Below the pieces are notes generated by a model. That model did not search any database, was not told the origin of the DNA, and saw nothing but the letters and a program-made list of their open reading frames with translations. From Styela clava (taxonomy: Eukaryota), in assembly GCF_964204865.1 (NCBI RefSeq), contig NC_135254.1, positions 4,402,001 to 4,466,000 of the forward strand: DNA of 64,000 nt, read 5' to 3'. This document shows, piece after piece, positions 23,559 to 36,138 of this stretch; position 1 is the stretch's first letter, and each line of letters starts with the position of its first letter. Both the position numbers and the translations under genes were made by a program.

Positions 23559-25727
23559 CTCTAGACAAGAAACACTCAGAACTCACAAACAGTACTATCA
23601 AAAAAACAGCAACAACACAAACAAACATGGTTCAAAAGCAAACCACACAAATAGACGAACTTCAACCCAACTACATCAGTTAGACCGACAGTTCGGAGAT
23701 GGTATGAATTAAATTACCATAGCATCTAAATCAGTTATAGAAAACTTAATTTTAAAATAAATTAAATTCTTGTGATCTTTATATTTACAGTTATACCTTG
23801 TATTGTTTGAAGAAGTTAGACCATGATCTAACGAAAGCTCACAAATATACTTACTATTTCGTTGAAAGAGATCATGTTATTATTATTTTCACTATTCGGT
23901 ATTCGTTAAGAATATTCGATTCGAAAAAAATATTCGATTTTGCCCACCCCTAATAGCGACGTAATCAAGTGATCGACTGTCATAATGGCGACCGCATTAA
24001 AACAGCGACTAACTCGTGTTCACTGAGTCGAATTTCCTGGTCGGTCGTTGGGAGGTGTGTTGTGTCACATTAAATTTAAGGTCGTTAGGGTTAGGGTTTG
24101 TCACTCGCTGGTTTAATGCGGTCGCCATTATTACAGTCACTATTTGGACCTACGGAAAAAAGTATTCAAGTATGAATCAATGGGCATTCGGGAATTATCT
24201 GCCACTAAAAGTATCGAGACTGACACAAAAATGCCAGTTAATTCAACATATTCAATTTTATAAAAACTTAATGGGAAAATAGAGTTTTAACAAATCTAAA
24301 ATATTGGCAATGCAAACATCCTATTAGCCTAGTGTTTGGACTTGGCTGCGTTGACATGTCTGATTAAAGAACCCAGGTCATATCCCCCCACCCAAGTTCA
24401 ATCACCACCTCACCCTGAGCGTTTTAAACAAGAATATTTCAAGTCCTTTCGGGCAATATAGAAGTTCCATATTCATCATTGTATGCTTGTTCAGGGCAAT
24501 GAAAGCCACAAAAATTATCGAAAAAGCCTCCAAAATATTAATTTTAGAAGCCACTGATATCTAACAATATGTGAGGAGGGAGCTACTATTTATTTGAAAG
24601 CATTAAATTCTTTACGGCTTGGCATTGCCTACCCAATCTTACACCCTGGGAGCACCTGAGACGTGTAATCTGCGATGCCAGCAGTTAAGTATTATGCTTT
24701 GACAGCCTAGGCCATTTTACTTATTTAATGATATGCCCATACAGGAATGGCACAAGTACGATTCTGAATATTAAATTGTCTCATAATTTTAATATTTTCA
24801 TCGGTTCATTATTTGTGATATTTGATCAAGAATATGATTTACACAATGGCTGCAATGGAATTATTGTTTTGTAGTTTCAATGAAGTTCAGTATCCTATGC
24901 AGTACAATCAGTGTTGCAGGAAATGTTAATTGTCTTCCACTCATGCATTTGATCTTCTTACTCTCCATGACTTTAGCTGAGAAAGGCAAAATAATTAATA
25001 CAAGAAGGAATGGGATAAAACTAGAATTTGTCAATCTGTGCACTATGATAGGGCAGTTTATTCAAACAAGGTATGATTTCTTATATCTATCCAAGCTCCG
25101 CTTTTTCCAAACTAAAAAAATTTTCTTGTCACTGGTAAAATCCCAATATGTCTGATATATATTAGTCATTTACAAATCAGTGGATTTTTGTACAAAGTCT
25201 TGTACAGAGGTAAAAGCGTAGAATAAAAAACTTTTATTTCTATATTGTTCAAATCAACATATCATACACATAGTTGTTTTGTCACCACTGTAATAGTGAA
25301 ATGGCAAAGAAACTACTTGAAATCAAAAAATGGATGGAGGTAGAAAAGTGGCCTTGGACTTAAATTTTCAATAAAAACTGCACAGCACACAGAATGTCTC
25401 ATTAAAGATTTGGATTTGCATTTTGGAAGCTTTTAAAACCATGTGATACTATCTATGACTTCTATAGTACTTTTTGATGTTCTTTGGGCCGGGCGTTCCA
25501 AATTAAACATTTGAATCAAATAGTAAATAATTGGAATTTGAAAAAACGTCATGTAAACATGCAACCCTTTGCCTACTTCCGATACCAATGCAAGTTCATT
25601 ACACAATTCAGTTTCAAATAATGATTATCTTGTTATTTCAGGAATTAAAGACAATTTACACGTATATGGATGCATGTTGGGGAAAGTGGGTACAGCGATA
25701 TTTTGCCAGAGTGTAAAATTAATAAAA

Positions 25728-28700
25728 TTATCTCACTGGTATTGAATCATCAAACTTAAATCCTTTTGCCTTCAATGCTTCTATCAGTTTTCTTGTATGG
25801 TCTGAATCTGGATATCCATTGCTGAAAAAAAAGCAATTTAAGAAATCTGTTCGAATAATTTGCGATTCGATTTCGAATATTTGGTTCGCTTGGACAGCCC
25901 CGTTTACAGGAGACAATAGTGCCAAGAATTGGTAAACATTGCGATACAAAACGAACAATTTTTTGCAAACACAATAATCAGTATTTGTCATTTATCAAGC
26001 TAAAGGATGTAAAAACCACCTAAAAACTTACTAAAACCTGCAAAAGTAATTCTTTATCTACATTTGGTGTAAGATTTCAAACTCTTCATAAGGAAACAAT
26101 GTTTCCGCAAATGTGAATGCTTTCCGAACATTGCTAAGATTTTGGAAGAAAAATCTTAACCTTTGAGAATGCTCATCGATAAGATTCTAAAATTCTGTTT
26201 TAAATTATATTCTTTTGTCACAGACATATCGAGCAAGCATGTGGTATTTTCCCTCCCACATCCAGTTAAAAATCTGTTTGAATTCATCAGCCTCCTTTCA
26301 AACTCATGTTCACAAAATAACTTACAAATAATCGCAGATTGATTGATTACCAAATTTGAGGCATAGGACGGTAATTACTAAATTTTTTGACATATTGGCA
26401 GAATTTTTGTAATACTGTTTGGGCTGGTTGCAAAAAACACCCAGCATAAATTATATTGTTAGGCCATAACATTAATATTTAGCTATCAGGCATAGCCAAC
26501 CTTGACTAATAGAATCCGCATTTGACTTTTAGTTTTCTATGATGCAAAAATTGTTAGCATATATTTGCAATCAATAACTTGAGACTGCTAAGCACATCAT
26601 TCCACTTTGCTAGTTGCATCAGCTAACCATAACATTGGTCAATTTAGTGACATTAATGAAGTAACAATTGTCACAAAAAATTTTATGACGAAACAACATC
26701 AAATGCGATTTTTTGATTACTCTCCGAATGCGACAAGGGCCACAGAGAATGAAGCTGCCCTGGGTTTGGACCACCCTGATCTAATATATTTATTAATAGA
26801 TAAGAGTCGTGGTCATAATGGTTGAGTGGTTATGTCTGGGATCTTTAGATCAGACCCTGGTAGATTATAAACATTGTCCAAATCAATTCCATATATTGAT
26901 GTGTTTAGTTTTCTTCTAATCAAAGTTCTCAAAAATTGAAATATTCAAAACAATTTTTAGAAACTTTTTCATGCCCTTTAGGCTTAGAAAATCTCGAAAA
27001 TTAAATACCAATGTCATTATCGACAACTAAATGTACCAGGGCGAATCCCATTTTATGTTTCGTTCCCACAAATTACGACTTGGCAACCAAAATCCGAACT
27101 TTAAATTGTGTTGTAGTTGCAATATGCAGGGATAACAAAATTTTAAAATTAATTTTATTCTTTCGTACCTGCCACCATTTTGTAAAGTGCCATAAATACC
27201 CATCAAGCATAAAACACACAAAGTACTTACATCTCTGATCTCCCAGTTTTATTAGTCTTATGAGGAAACTTATCGTTCCACACAATTTTTCCTCTTCTGT
27301 CACCAACTTCCTGAATCTTGAAAATCAATCCTGCATCGAATGCTTGATAGAGTAAGTTGTAACATATGTCTCCATCATAATCCCATGGCAAATATTCAGT
27401 GAATTCTTGAGCTTCATATGAAACTCCCTGAAATAACAAAACATTAACTAATTATCTTCCATAACTAATTATCTTCCAATTATCTTCCTGGGGATTTGTT
27501 GAAACTGATATAAATATGAGAATATCTATGAAGATTCAGCAAAAGTCAAAAAAATTACCATCAACATACTTGATATTTCCATTTTCAATAAATTACTTCA
27601 ACTTGACAACTCGATAACTCAGATATATATTGAAAACAGGACTTAGGAGGAGGCCTACTTATCAGCTATGTCATGATTTTACTGCACGATAAATGAACTA
27701 AATTCTATGAACATCTGTAATTAAACAAATAACAGTTCAATATTACCCAGGTTTCAACAAGCACGATCTATATATTTAACTGTGTTATGATATTTTTTTT
27801 ACAATGACAAACCATTCAAAGCTTCGATTTCAATTAGAACTGAATTCCATCAGCATATCCAGTTTAAATTAATTATTACTCATTTATTATTAATTATTAC
27901 CCATTAACAAAGCATGAACAAGACTCAATCCATATTAGCATTATACAAAATACTGCCTGATTCTCTATATTTCTGTGAGAAGCAATAACTCATGTGAGCG
28001 AATGCAAGCATTTAGCAATACTGCTTTCAAGCTTTTTGGCTGTGCAATGGCCTAACGGTCAACGTGTTGGACTGAACTATGCTGACATCACATATTGAAC
28101 ATCTCGGTTCAAATCTCCATGGCAACCACCTCACCCAGGGTGAAATGAGGTGGATAGGAAATGTGGAACCAAAAAATCCTAATCGTTTGAAATAATAATA
28201 TCTCTTTAAATGTCATGAGATGTCAATGGCTGCTTGTATAGGACCTTGTTCAGAACAGAAAGCATGAATAAGGACAGCATGAAAAAGTGATAGACAGTAC
28301 TATTACTAGGGATGTCTTTGTTATTTAATCAAAATAGCCATATTTGAAGAATTTATGAAACCAAAAAATATGACTGAAAACAGTTTATTTTCCATCGAAA
28401 GTTTTGTTCACATGTTCTATCAGGTCAATTTTGACATTCTAATGATTTTACTTCTTAATTTCGAAATAAGATATATATTTGTAACCAGTGGCACAGTCAG
28501 GGGTTTTTGGCGTCCCCCCCTTTTGAATTTTTTTGGAAACTGAAAAAATCGCCGATAACGCGTACCAATGCCTTCTGCTGAAATGGCGGATTGTTTTCAT
28601 CGGCGTGGCGTGTTATTTAGGCCGTAAACGCCTTTACATTGGTGTTTATTCTCTCTAAATCACAAATTTGGGCCACGGTAACGATGATAAATATTTTATT

Positions 28701-31700
28701 TTTGTACTTTATTTTTACACGGAATTGTGAATTCGGTGAGAGTTATTATACGTTCATCGACGGCGAGATTCTAAGACAAATTAAGGAGTAACTCCGTGAT
28801 CTGGATTTTTTGATGGAAAAGCGGCAATATAAAATACTGAAAATAAAACGATAAACAATATAAGTTTCGTCGAGTCCCGCAACAGTCTAAAAACGCTTTT
28901 CTAGGCATTGAAAATTGCAAAATTTTGTGCTTAGTCGTGGTTTAGAAACACATCGTCACTAAAATTGAAGCACGGTCAATTGTGGGTGGAATTTACGTTT
29001 TTATCGATTACTTTGAAATTGTCGTCGAAAATGTATGTGTTAACATTATACAAGGTTGGAAACGCGTCTTTTCCCCGGTTTGTGATGTTATATAAGATAA
29101 ATAATCTAAAGTACATTTGAACAATTTTTATTGTGCTGAAATAAAACTTTGTGAGATTTTACAGCAAATTTACAGATTTTTCGGAACGTTTTATCTTTAA
29201 AAATAATCGGTGTGGCAGCATTGCGATTGAGCGGGGTCAGTGTTACAGGTACATCTCAAATTTGTCGAATTCGCAAAAAAACGGAATTAAATTAATAAAG
29301 CAAGACATTTTAAATATGCCCCTACCAGTCATGAATTGACTACTTTGCACAAGAGAAAAATCATTTTTTGGTGAAAAAGTAGGCTCTTTTAACAAGTGGC
29401 GTAATCACGGCGACTGTTCGGCGTGGATTTCGAGGCGTTGAATTTGTATTTTTGATTTACTGGTATACTTTATATGTATATTGATTGTATGAAATAAAAT
29501 TGTACTAAACGGGATTTTATATCAGATATCGAGATTTTAATAACAGCGATAACGAGTTCGCAAGATTACAAAAATACGTATTAAAATTAAATACATCAGG
29601 CAGCTTATCTCATATTTTTACGTCCAAAAATCGCTGTTGTATTTTACTGTAGGAATATTTTTATTTTGACGTAAGAAGTCGCAACCGCGAGTTTCGTTGG
29701 ACACAATGAATTCAATATATAAGGCGGCTCTATTAACGGGCGCGTCATCGTAGTGACTGTTAAAGACAACACTGGGAATTTCCCAATTTGACCCAATCCC
29801 CCCCCCCTTTTGAAAATCCTGGCTGCGCACCTGTTTGTAACCACTCAATGAATCGATTCAAGAAATCCATAATTACAATAATTGCACCAAAGAATTATAG
29901 GATATCCAACTTTTAGGTTGTGGCCATTCCAGAATATTACTTTAAGCAAATTGTGATTCTTCATTCATTGCACTGGTATTTTATTCAAGAAAGATATTTC
30001 CATTGATTTATGTTAAAATATGTTGGAGTGGAATGGAGATTGATAATAGGAATAAAAAATTGATTAAGAATTTTGATTCCAGTAAATCTATAATTTATTT
30101 TCCAACCAACAATTAAATATGTTTCATAACTCACCTTCAGACTTCCAGCAGGAAATGAGTAGGTGATGGCAAGAGTCTCCTGTCCTTCATATCCTGGCAG
30201 TGATTCTCGCAACAAATCCCATAACATCCTGCCAACAGATGGTTGTTGGTTGATGATTCTTAGACCAAAAGTAGTTTGCCTTGAACACTGAGATTCTGCA
30301 CCTGGATTAATAAAACCATGAGTGAACCATGAGAAATGGCTGATTAAAGAGACTTAATGATATTCAAAAGGTGATGTAAAAAATATTTATTTAAAGAATG
30401 AAAGTTACGATATATATTACAGATTACACATCTGAGGTTCGAACCTAATACCCCACTCATGCCTAGTGTGTAATAAATTGGGTTGGCGACCCCCGAAATA
30501 TTCAAGGCGACCCAACTTGGGGTCGAGACCCACACTTTAGTGACCACTGCCTTACAGGGAAAAATCTGGTTCTTGAAAATAACATATCAATAGATATCAG
30601 TGGCTGCAAGTATATGCCCTTGTTTGAAACATATTAAAAAATGATTGTTTAAAATTTCTGAGATTATAATGTAAAAAAACAACACTGACATGGGCAGCTT
30701 AAAATATGTATTTATTCATTTATTTATTCAATAACATATGCCTCTATCAGGGGCGTCAGTTAGCCAAATTATTATCAAATTACTGTTATCGACGAATGTA
30801 TTTGGCTTGTTAATATGTTAATGGAAACTTTTTTGTGCTTGGGTGCATTAGCCATTAATTAAATGTGGAACCTGAAAATGCATTTGATTTCGAGTCTTGG
30901 TTTTTTACTTGAACACCACTAAGATTCTGCAACTAACCCTTTATAGCATAGATACTGTTTAGTATTCATAAACTCACAGGAAATGCCTGTGATAGAGTAA
31001 TAAGAAAAATCGATTAAAATTTGATCAATTCGAAAAAAAAATGAACAGGAGAACTTTCTCAAACAAATTTATCTTGACAACTGGCTTTAGCAACCTTGTG
31101 ATAAATGGACGTATATGCAGTGGAAACAGCAAATTAGTTTGATATTGAAAGAATGGCCCAATCATATGGAGAACCATGGCCGCTCGTCGGATTAATTATC
31201 AGTCCTTGTGGAGTATGGGATTAGATAGCCAGGTATTTATTTTCAGATGCATGTACTTGATGGTGGAGGATGTCACACCCAAACAGCGGTTACATAAACT
31301 ACCTTACGACAGCAATCCAACAGTCCTCTCATACATAATTAACTCACATGGAATTCAATCCTGTTGACCCACGCATGGTAATCAGAGGTGCGATTGTGAG
31401 CGTATTCCAAATGCTCAGCCACATCACTGAGCCAATTAGCAGTCTCTTCTGCATACAGCCCGCAATTACCAATAACAATTTAGAAATCTAGCAAACCTTT
31501 CTTTTCAGTTTTAAGCTTTTTAATCTCAATTTCCATTTTCAACTTTTCTGCTTGCACCCGCTTCATTTCTTTTTCATGCTTTCTTCGCAATCTTTCTGAC
31601 TCTTTTCTGACGTCCCGAATTTCTTTTCCTGTAATTATAAGACCCTCAATGTTGAGACAAGTTTAAACAAACTGCGAGTTTTAAAAATTAGAAAAAAAAT

Positions 31701-34700
31701 TGGAGGCCTAGCAATGTAAACATTTATTTTTATGTGGCAAACTTATAATATGACCTGCGCTTTGGTCACATATTTTATCAGAAAAAGTAAAGCTGTGTAC
31801 ATGAACAAATTGCAATTTCAGGTGATGTGGTGCTTTTGATGGCAAAATCAACAAAAAAATAAAAAGATACCCAAAACAATCGTCATATTTCTTTTTTCTT
31901 GTTCATTTTCATGTTTCATCTGCTTCATTTTTTCTTCAAGCTGTGTTTTCATTTTTTCAGACTCTCGCCAGACTTTCACAATTTCCGTTTTGTAAGTTTT
32001 TGGTACTGTGAGACCTGAAAGTATTGATATCATTCATTTACACATGATAATTAGTAATAAATGTCAGTCTGAAAATAACTGAAATTGATATGTCAAACAA
32101 ACTAGAGGATTCACAAACACTAATATATTCTGGATATAATTTAGGTTTCGGTTTGAATAATTCATGAGAATGAATGTACGATGATAAACTTTGGTTACAG
32201 TGTAACAAAATTAATCTTGGTCTACAACTTTCTGATATAATTTTTAAAATTTTATTCAAGTTGGAACTAACGCAGTGACATGTTACTTACTTAACTTGGG
32301 GTAAGGACAAACAAGTTGGCCACGAAAGTATTTATGCTTCCGAATTTGTTCGGTATTTGGACGATCCTGTGGTCGGAATCTGAGCATCCAACCAACCAAA
32401 TCCTCTAGATCCCCTTCTAATTTGCTCAGGTCACATCCTTGATATCGTTTGATATTGAGATTCCATGAATCTGGGTCATTACCGAATGGGTGGGAACCAT
32501 CAGTCGAAATGAAATGGATTACGAGTGCGGAAGAAAATATGTCCGATTGTTTAGAACAAATGTCAGAAAGGTATATTTCCGGAGCCCTCCAACCATCAGT
32601 GCCAACACGTAAAGTGCTCATTTTGGTTAAAAAATGTCCTTTTCTTAACTGTTTTCCCAAACCAAAGTCAATTATTTTGAGAATTCTACCATTGTCCGAT
32701 ACCAAGATATTATCTGGTTTGAGATCGCGATGTAGAACTTCGTTAATGTGGATATGATCGACAGCTTCAACAAATTGTTCTATTTGTTTATGTTTGACTT
32801 CGTCAGTCTTAGGCTTTGGATCGTCTTTGACAAAGTCTGTCAAGGTTTTAGATTTAAAGTATTCCATTGCGATGAATAAATGTTCTATTGGACCAAAGAA
32901 ATAAGTCCCAGATTGGAGGACAGTTATCACATTTGGGTGGGAACGAAGCTTTCGGATGATTTCCACTTCTTTCCTATTTTCATCGCTGAGTTTGATAGAT
33001 TTTATGGCGATTGTATCGAATCCTCGAGAACCTTTATGAGTCTGCAAGCCTCTGTAAACTTCACCATACTTTGCTAGTCTTTCATTATAAAGCAGCAACA
33101 GGTTATGATCGACGCGAATTGAATCTGTAAAACATAAAATAGTATGTCTTTGATAGATAATTTGAATTGTGTGTGAAACACATTTAGTACAAATCTAGTA
33201 TTTTTGTACATCTAAGCCACTGGGGGCTAAATACTAAATACACACATTTCCTGTAGCGCGAATGCCACATTATTTTCGCCTAAGAACAATCGCCACATGA
33301 AACTTCATATCATGGTGCAATTGCACACTCTATTGCTGTGTTAAAAAAAAGCCTGCCACAACGGGACATGTATGACGTTTTTTTAATAAATTATCTAACA
33401 ATGCATTGGTTTTATTTACTTATCATCAATATGAAGGATGATACTGTGTCTGTGTTATGGCCAAAATGTTATAATCAATTTGCAACTCCGTTGCCGAGTG
33501 GTACATTGTCCAAATAATAATCTGACGAGCGAGTACAAAAATTTAATCTCAGTGTAATGCATTTTACATGCAGCTGTCTATAGAAATATATTCTTTCGAA
33601 CGTGCACATCAAATTTAGTCTTGGCACAAGGTTTATTATTTTCCACTTGCTTCTCTAACACTGTAAACATTGTTTATAAAATGAGACTCATTACGTCATA
33701 CTACATGGCCCGCCAGTCTAGGTGGGCAAAATTTTTGGCCCCTGATCCAAAAACCGTGCCAACCCCTGATATAAACACTTACATGCAAAGTTTGTGTCCA
33801 GATCAGCCCAAAAGTTTCCTGGGAAAGGTAGAATCCACCCAAATCGTGTAAACTTACCTTCAAAATGGAATGGTATTTCTCCTTTAGTTTCATTTTCTAC
33901 TGCATCATTAGACGTTGCTGCCTTTTGCTTGGTTGTTGAGGTTTTTTCATATGTATTGCTGCTTCGATCAAGCGTAAAACCAGAACTTCCAGCAATACTG
34001 GTTTCTATATTGTCCCCTGTTGAGATAAAGCACAATAGTCAGATTGGTATTTATTTATTATTTACTGTAAAAAAAGTTTGGTTGAAACATGCTATTATTG
34101 TACAAAAACAATGAAATATCCTCCCTGAGTATTAGACAAATTAAGTACTACAGTTCTTTTTCAATTTTTAATGTTTTTTTTTATTTACCTATTTTTAGTT
34201 TTTCAATTAAGCTCCATTGTTACAAAAGGGGCATTTTCTTGGCTGTTGTTATTTCAGGCATGGCTGGAAGTAACTCCGTACGAGCCAAAGAATATGACAA
34301 ATAAAATTAACAAAATTTCACTATTTTGCATAAAATATCAACTAAAGGATATATGAAATGGTTATTGAATTGCAGAAAAATTTATTTGTACTTGTATTTA
34401 TTCACCCCAAATAAGGTAAAATGTCATTTATGTAATATTGACAAAAAGCAAATATTATGAAAATATGTTTTTATTTGTAGGCAATAGACATAAATAAGAT
34501 CCAATAATTAACCATTAAGAGGGCAGTCAACAAAACGATAATTTCTGGCAGAACTTATCCTCACCTTCCTTAATGGTTTGCTTGAAAACGAACGTTGGAG
34601 CTACCACAGTTCCATGTTTTTCTGAATGTTTTACGAGACTTTGGAAAATATTTTTACCAAATTCTTGTACCGTCCCAGGCATCGAAGACCTCGATACTTG

Positions 34701-34796
34701 TAATGCATTTCGAACTGAAATTTGATCGTCTGCATCTGAAAATTCTGTAGATTCATCTGAGGAATCGATTTCTCGTATTTTACCAGATTCAGCCAT
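25728..34796 (-). CDS. IRE1-like Ser/Thr kinase - coiled coil - Deltex C-terminal (DTC) domain protein, about 652 aa
   Basis: Exons 34796-34565, 34016-33858, 33124-32291 (kinase), 32014-31871, 31628-31497, 30301-30135, 27427-27231, 25821-25728; all GT-AG, phases compatible, no stops. Kinase: IAIK, HRDLKPDN, DFG, GTDGWRAPE, DIFS..GSHPFG. DTC: NQQP, SLPGYEG, ITYSF, YLP, AFDAGLIF, WND.PHKT, GYPD, LKAKG. Confidence 0.8.
28486..29833. mobile_element. 1.35-kb non-autonomous hAT element in an intron of the kinase-DTC gene
   Basis: CAGTGGCACAGTCAGGGGTTTT / AAAATCCTGGCTGCGCACCTG; perfect TSD TTTGTAAC; empty paralogous site ~51591; no transposase ORF. Confidence 0.85.
31150..31425 (-). mobile_element. 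SINE copy in an intron of the kinase-DTC gene
   Basis: Reverse-complement SINE; orthologous insertion at 52905-53215, so it predates the duplication. Confidence 0.75.
32291..33124 (-). CDS. Kinase-domain exon of the kinase-DTC gene
   Basis: ORF 32283-33098 extended to the acceptor at 33125-33127; complete catalytic core in one exon with phase-1 boundaries on both sides. Confidence 0.9.
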
Positions 34797-35772
34797 TTTA
34801 CCAATTATGGGATCAAAATATTAGATGATATGTTTTGAGTATCAGCCTTATCAGGCTGTGCTATTTAACCTAAAACAAAATATGATAATTAAAGTAATAA
34901 GTAATGAACAGTTATGATAAGTAATTGAACAGTATTCATCATAGTAATGACTTCATTTTTTGACAAAAATGGGAAGGGATATCGATATATATGACTATAC
35001 AAATTTATGTAAGCAACAATGAATCTAACAATTATTGTATTTTATTATTTCTGCTTCTGGTGTCCTAGTTTATTTGAAAAACAAATACCTTTGGGCTTTG
35101 GTTAGACAAAACATTCTGACATTACAGAAATACATTTGTGTTATTGTGCAGCAGAACACATGGTGTAGTCATGTTTTTTCTAGCTACAACATCCTTCCAA
35201 TATGCGCTCAAAAAAAGATAAGGAGTTAGCCTCCCCCTCAACACATAACACGACAAGTTTCCTTTATCCATATTTGGGTCTGGCCCTGCCTTAGTTATAA
35301 TTTATATGACATCTAGTAAATAAAATATTCTGCACTATTATCAATTAAAACTAGCTTGCAAACCACAGAGCAATAAATGATTGTTCCACCACAGTTTGCA
35401 AACTGAAAATGCTCAGGTAGATATATAAAATCGATGAATATTGCAGTGCTCAAAATGAATATAAAATCTTCAATTTATTTTGACTGACTCAGATGACCTT
35501 ATGGTCGTATCGCTCCCTCCAGTCTATACCGAATTAACTTTGTGTATATTGTATATATTTTTTTGCTTGTTTCTGGTTGACAAAACAATAAATCTCTCTC
35601 TCTCTGATTGGATTTCGATTGATGTGTTATTGACAAAATCAAATAGCTTGTTGCAGCAATAACTTGAAATAGGCCACGCTGATGTTGAGGCAAATGTTGC
35701 CAATATATGATTAAAATTTAGGAATTTAAAACGTACTTTCTATAAAGATACCGGTACCTATACGGAGAAGGT

Positions 35773-36138
35773 GGCGCGGCGGTGTGGCTCAACGGGCTAA
35801 GCGTTAGGAATACGCTCGCCACCGCACCTCTAATTACTCTGCGTGGGTTCGCAGGTTCGAATGCCATGCAGGGATGGTTATGTGCGAGAGGATTGCTGAA
35901 CTCCTCGCCGTCGTTGGGTGGTTCATGTAACCGCTGGTCTGTTACGGCTTCCTCCACCAGGACCACCACCAAGTCCATGCTTCCGAAAACAAACAATACA
36001 GTAAAACTAATCCCATACCGGTACCCGACTTGGAATGGTAACCGGACGAGAGGCCGTGGTTCGCCATATTGAAAAGCCATCTTATCGGCTTTCCTCTCCC
36101 CCGGGATAAATATGTAAATCCTATCCTATCCTATCCTA
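35773..36138 (+). mobile_element. tRNA-derived SINE, full length
   Basis: A-box-like TGGCTCAACGGG, B box GGTTCGAATGCC, 3' (ATCCT)n tail; near-identical copy at 62281 and about 8 decayed or partial copies in the window. Confidence 0.85.

Noticed and set aside
33858-34620. RHIM-like amyloid motif in the kinase N-terminus (TSIAGSSGFTL, TVQEFG)
   Set aside because: Lacks the (I/V)Q(I/V/L)G core; too weak.
35773-35870. tRNA gene
   Set aside because: A/B boxes are present but there is no cloverleaf, and it continues into the SINE body and tail.
35718-36080. 96-124 aa ORFs at 35718-36080, 62169-62616 and 11573-11950
   Set aside because: Incidental frames through SINE copies.
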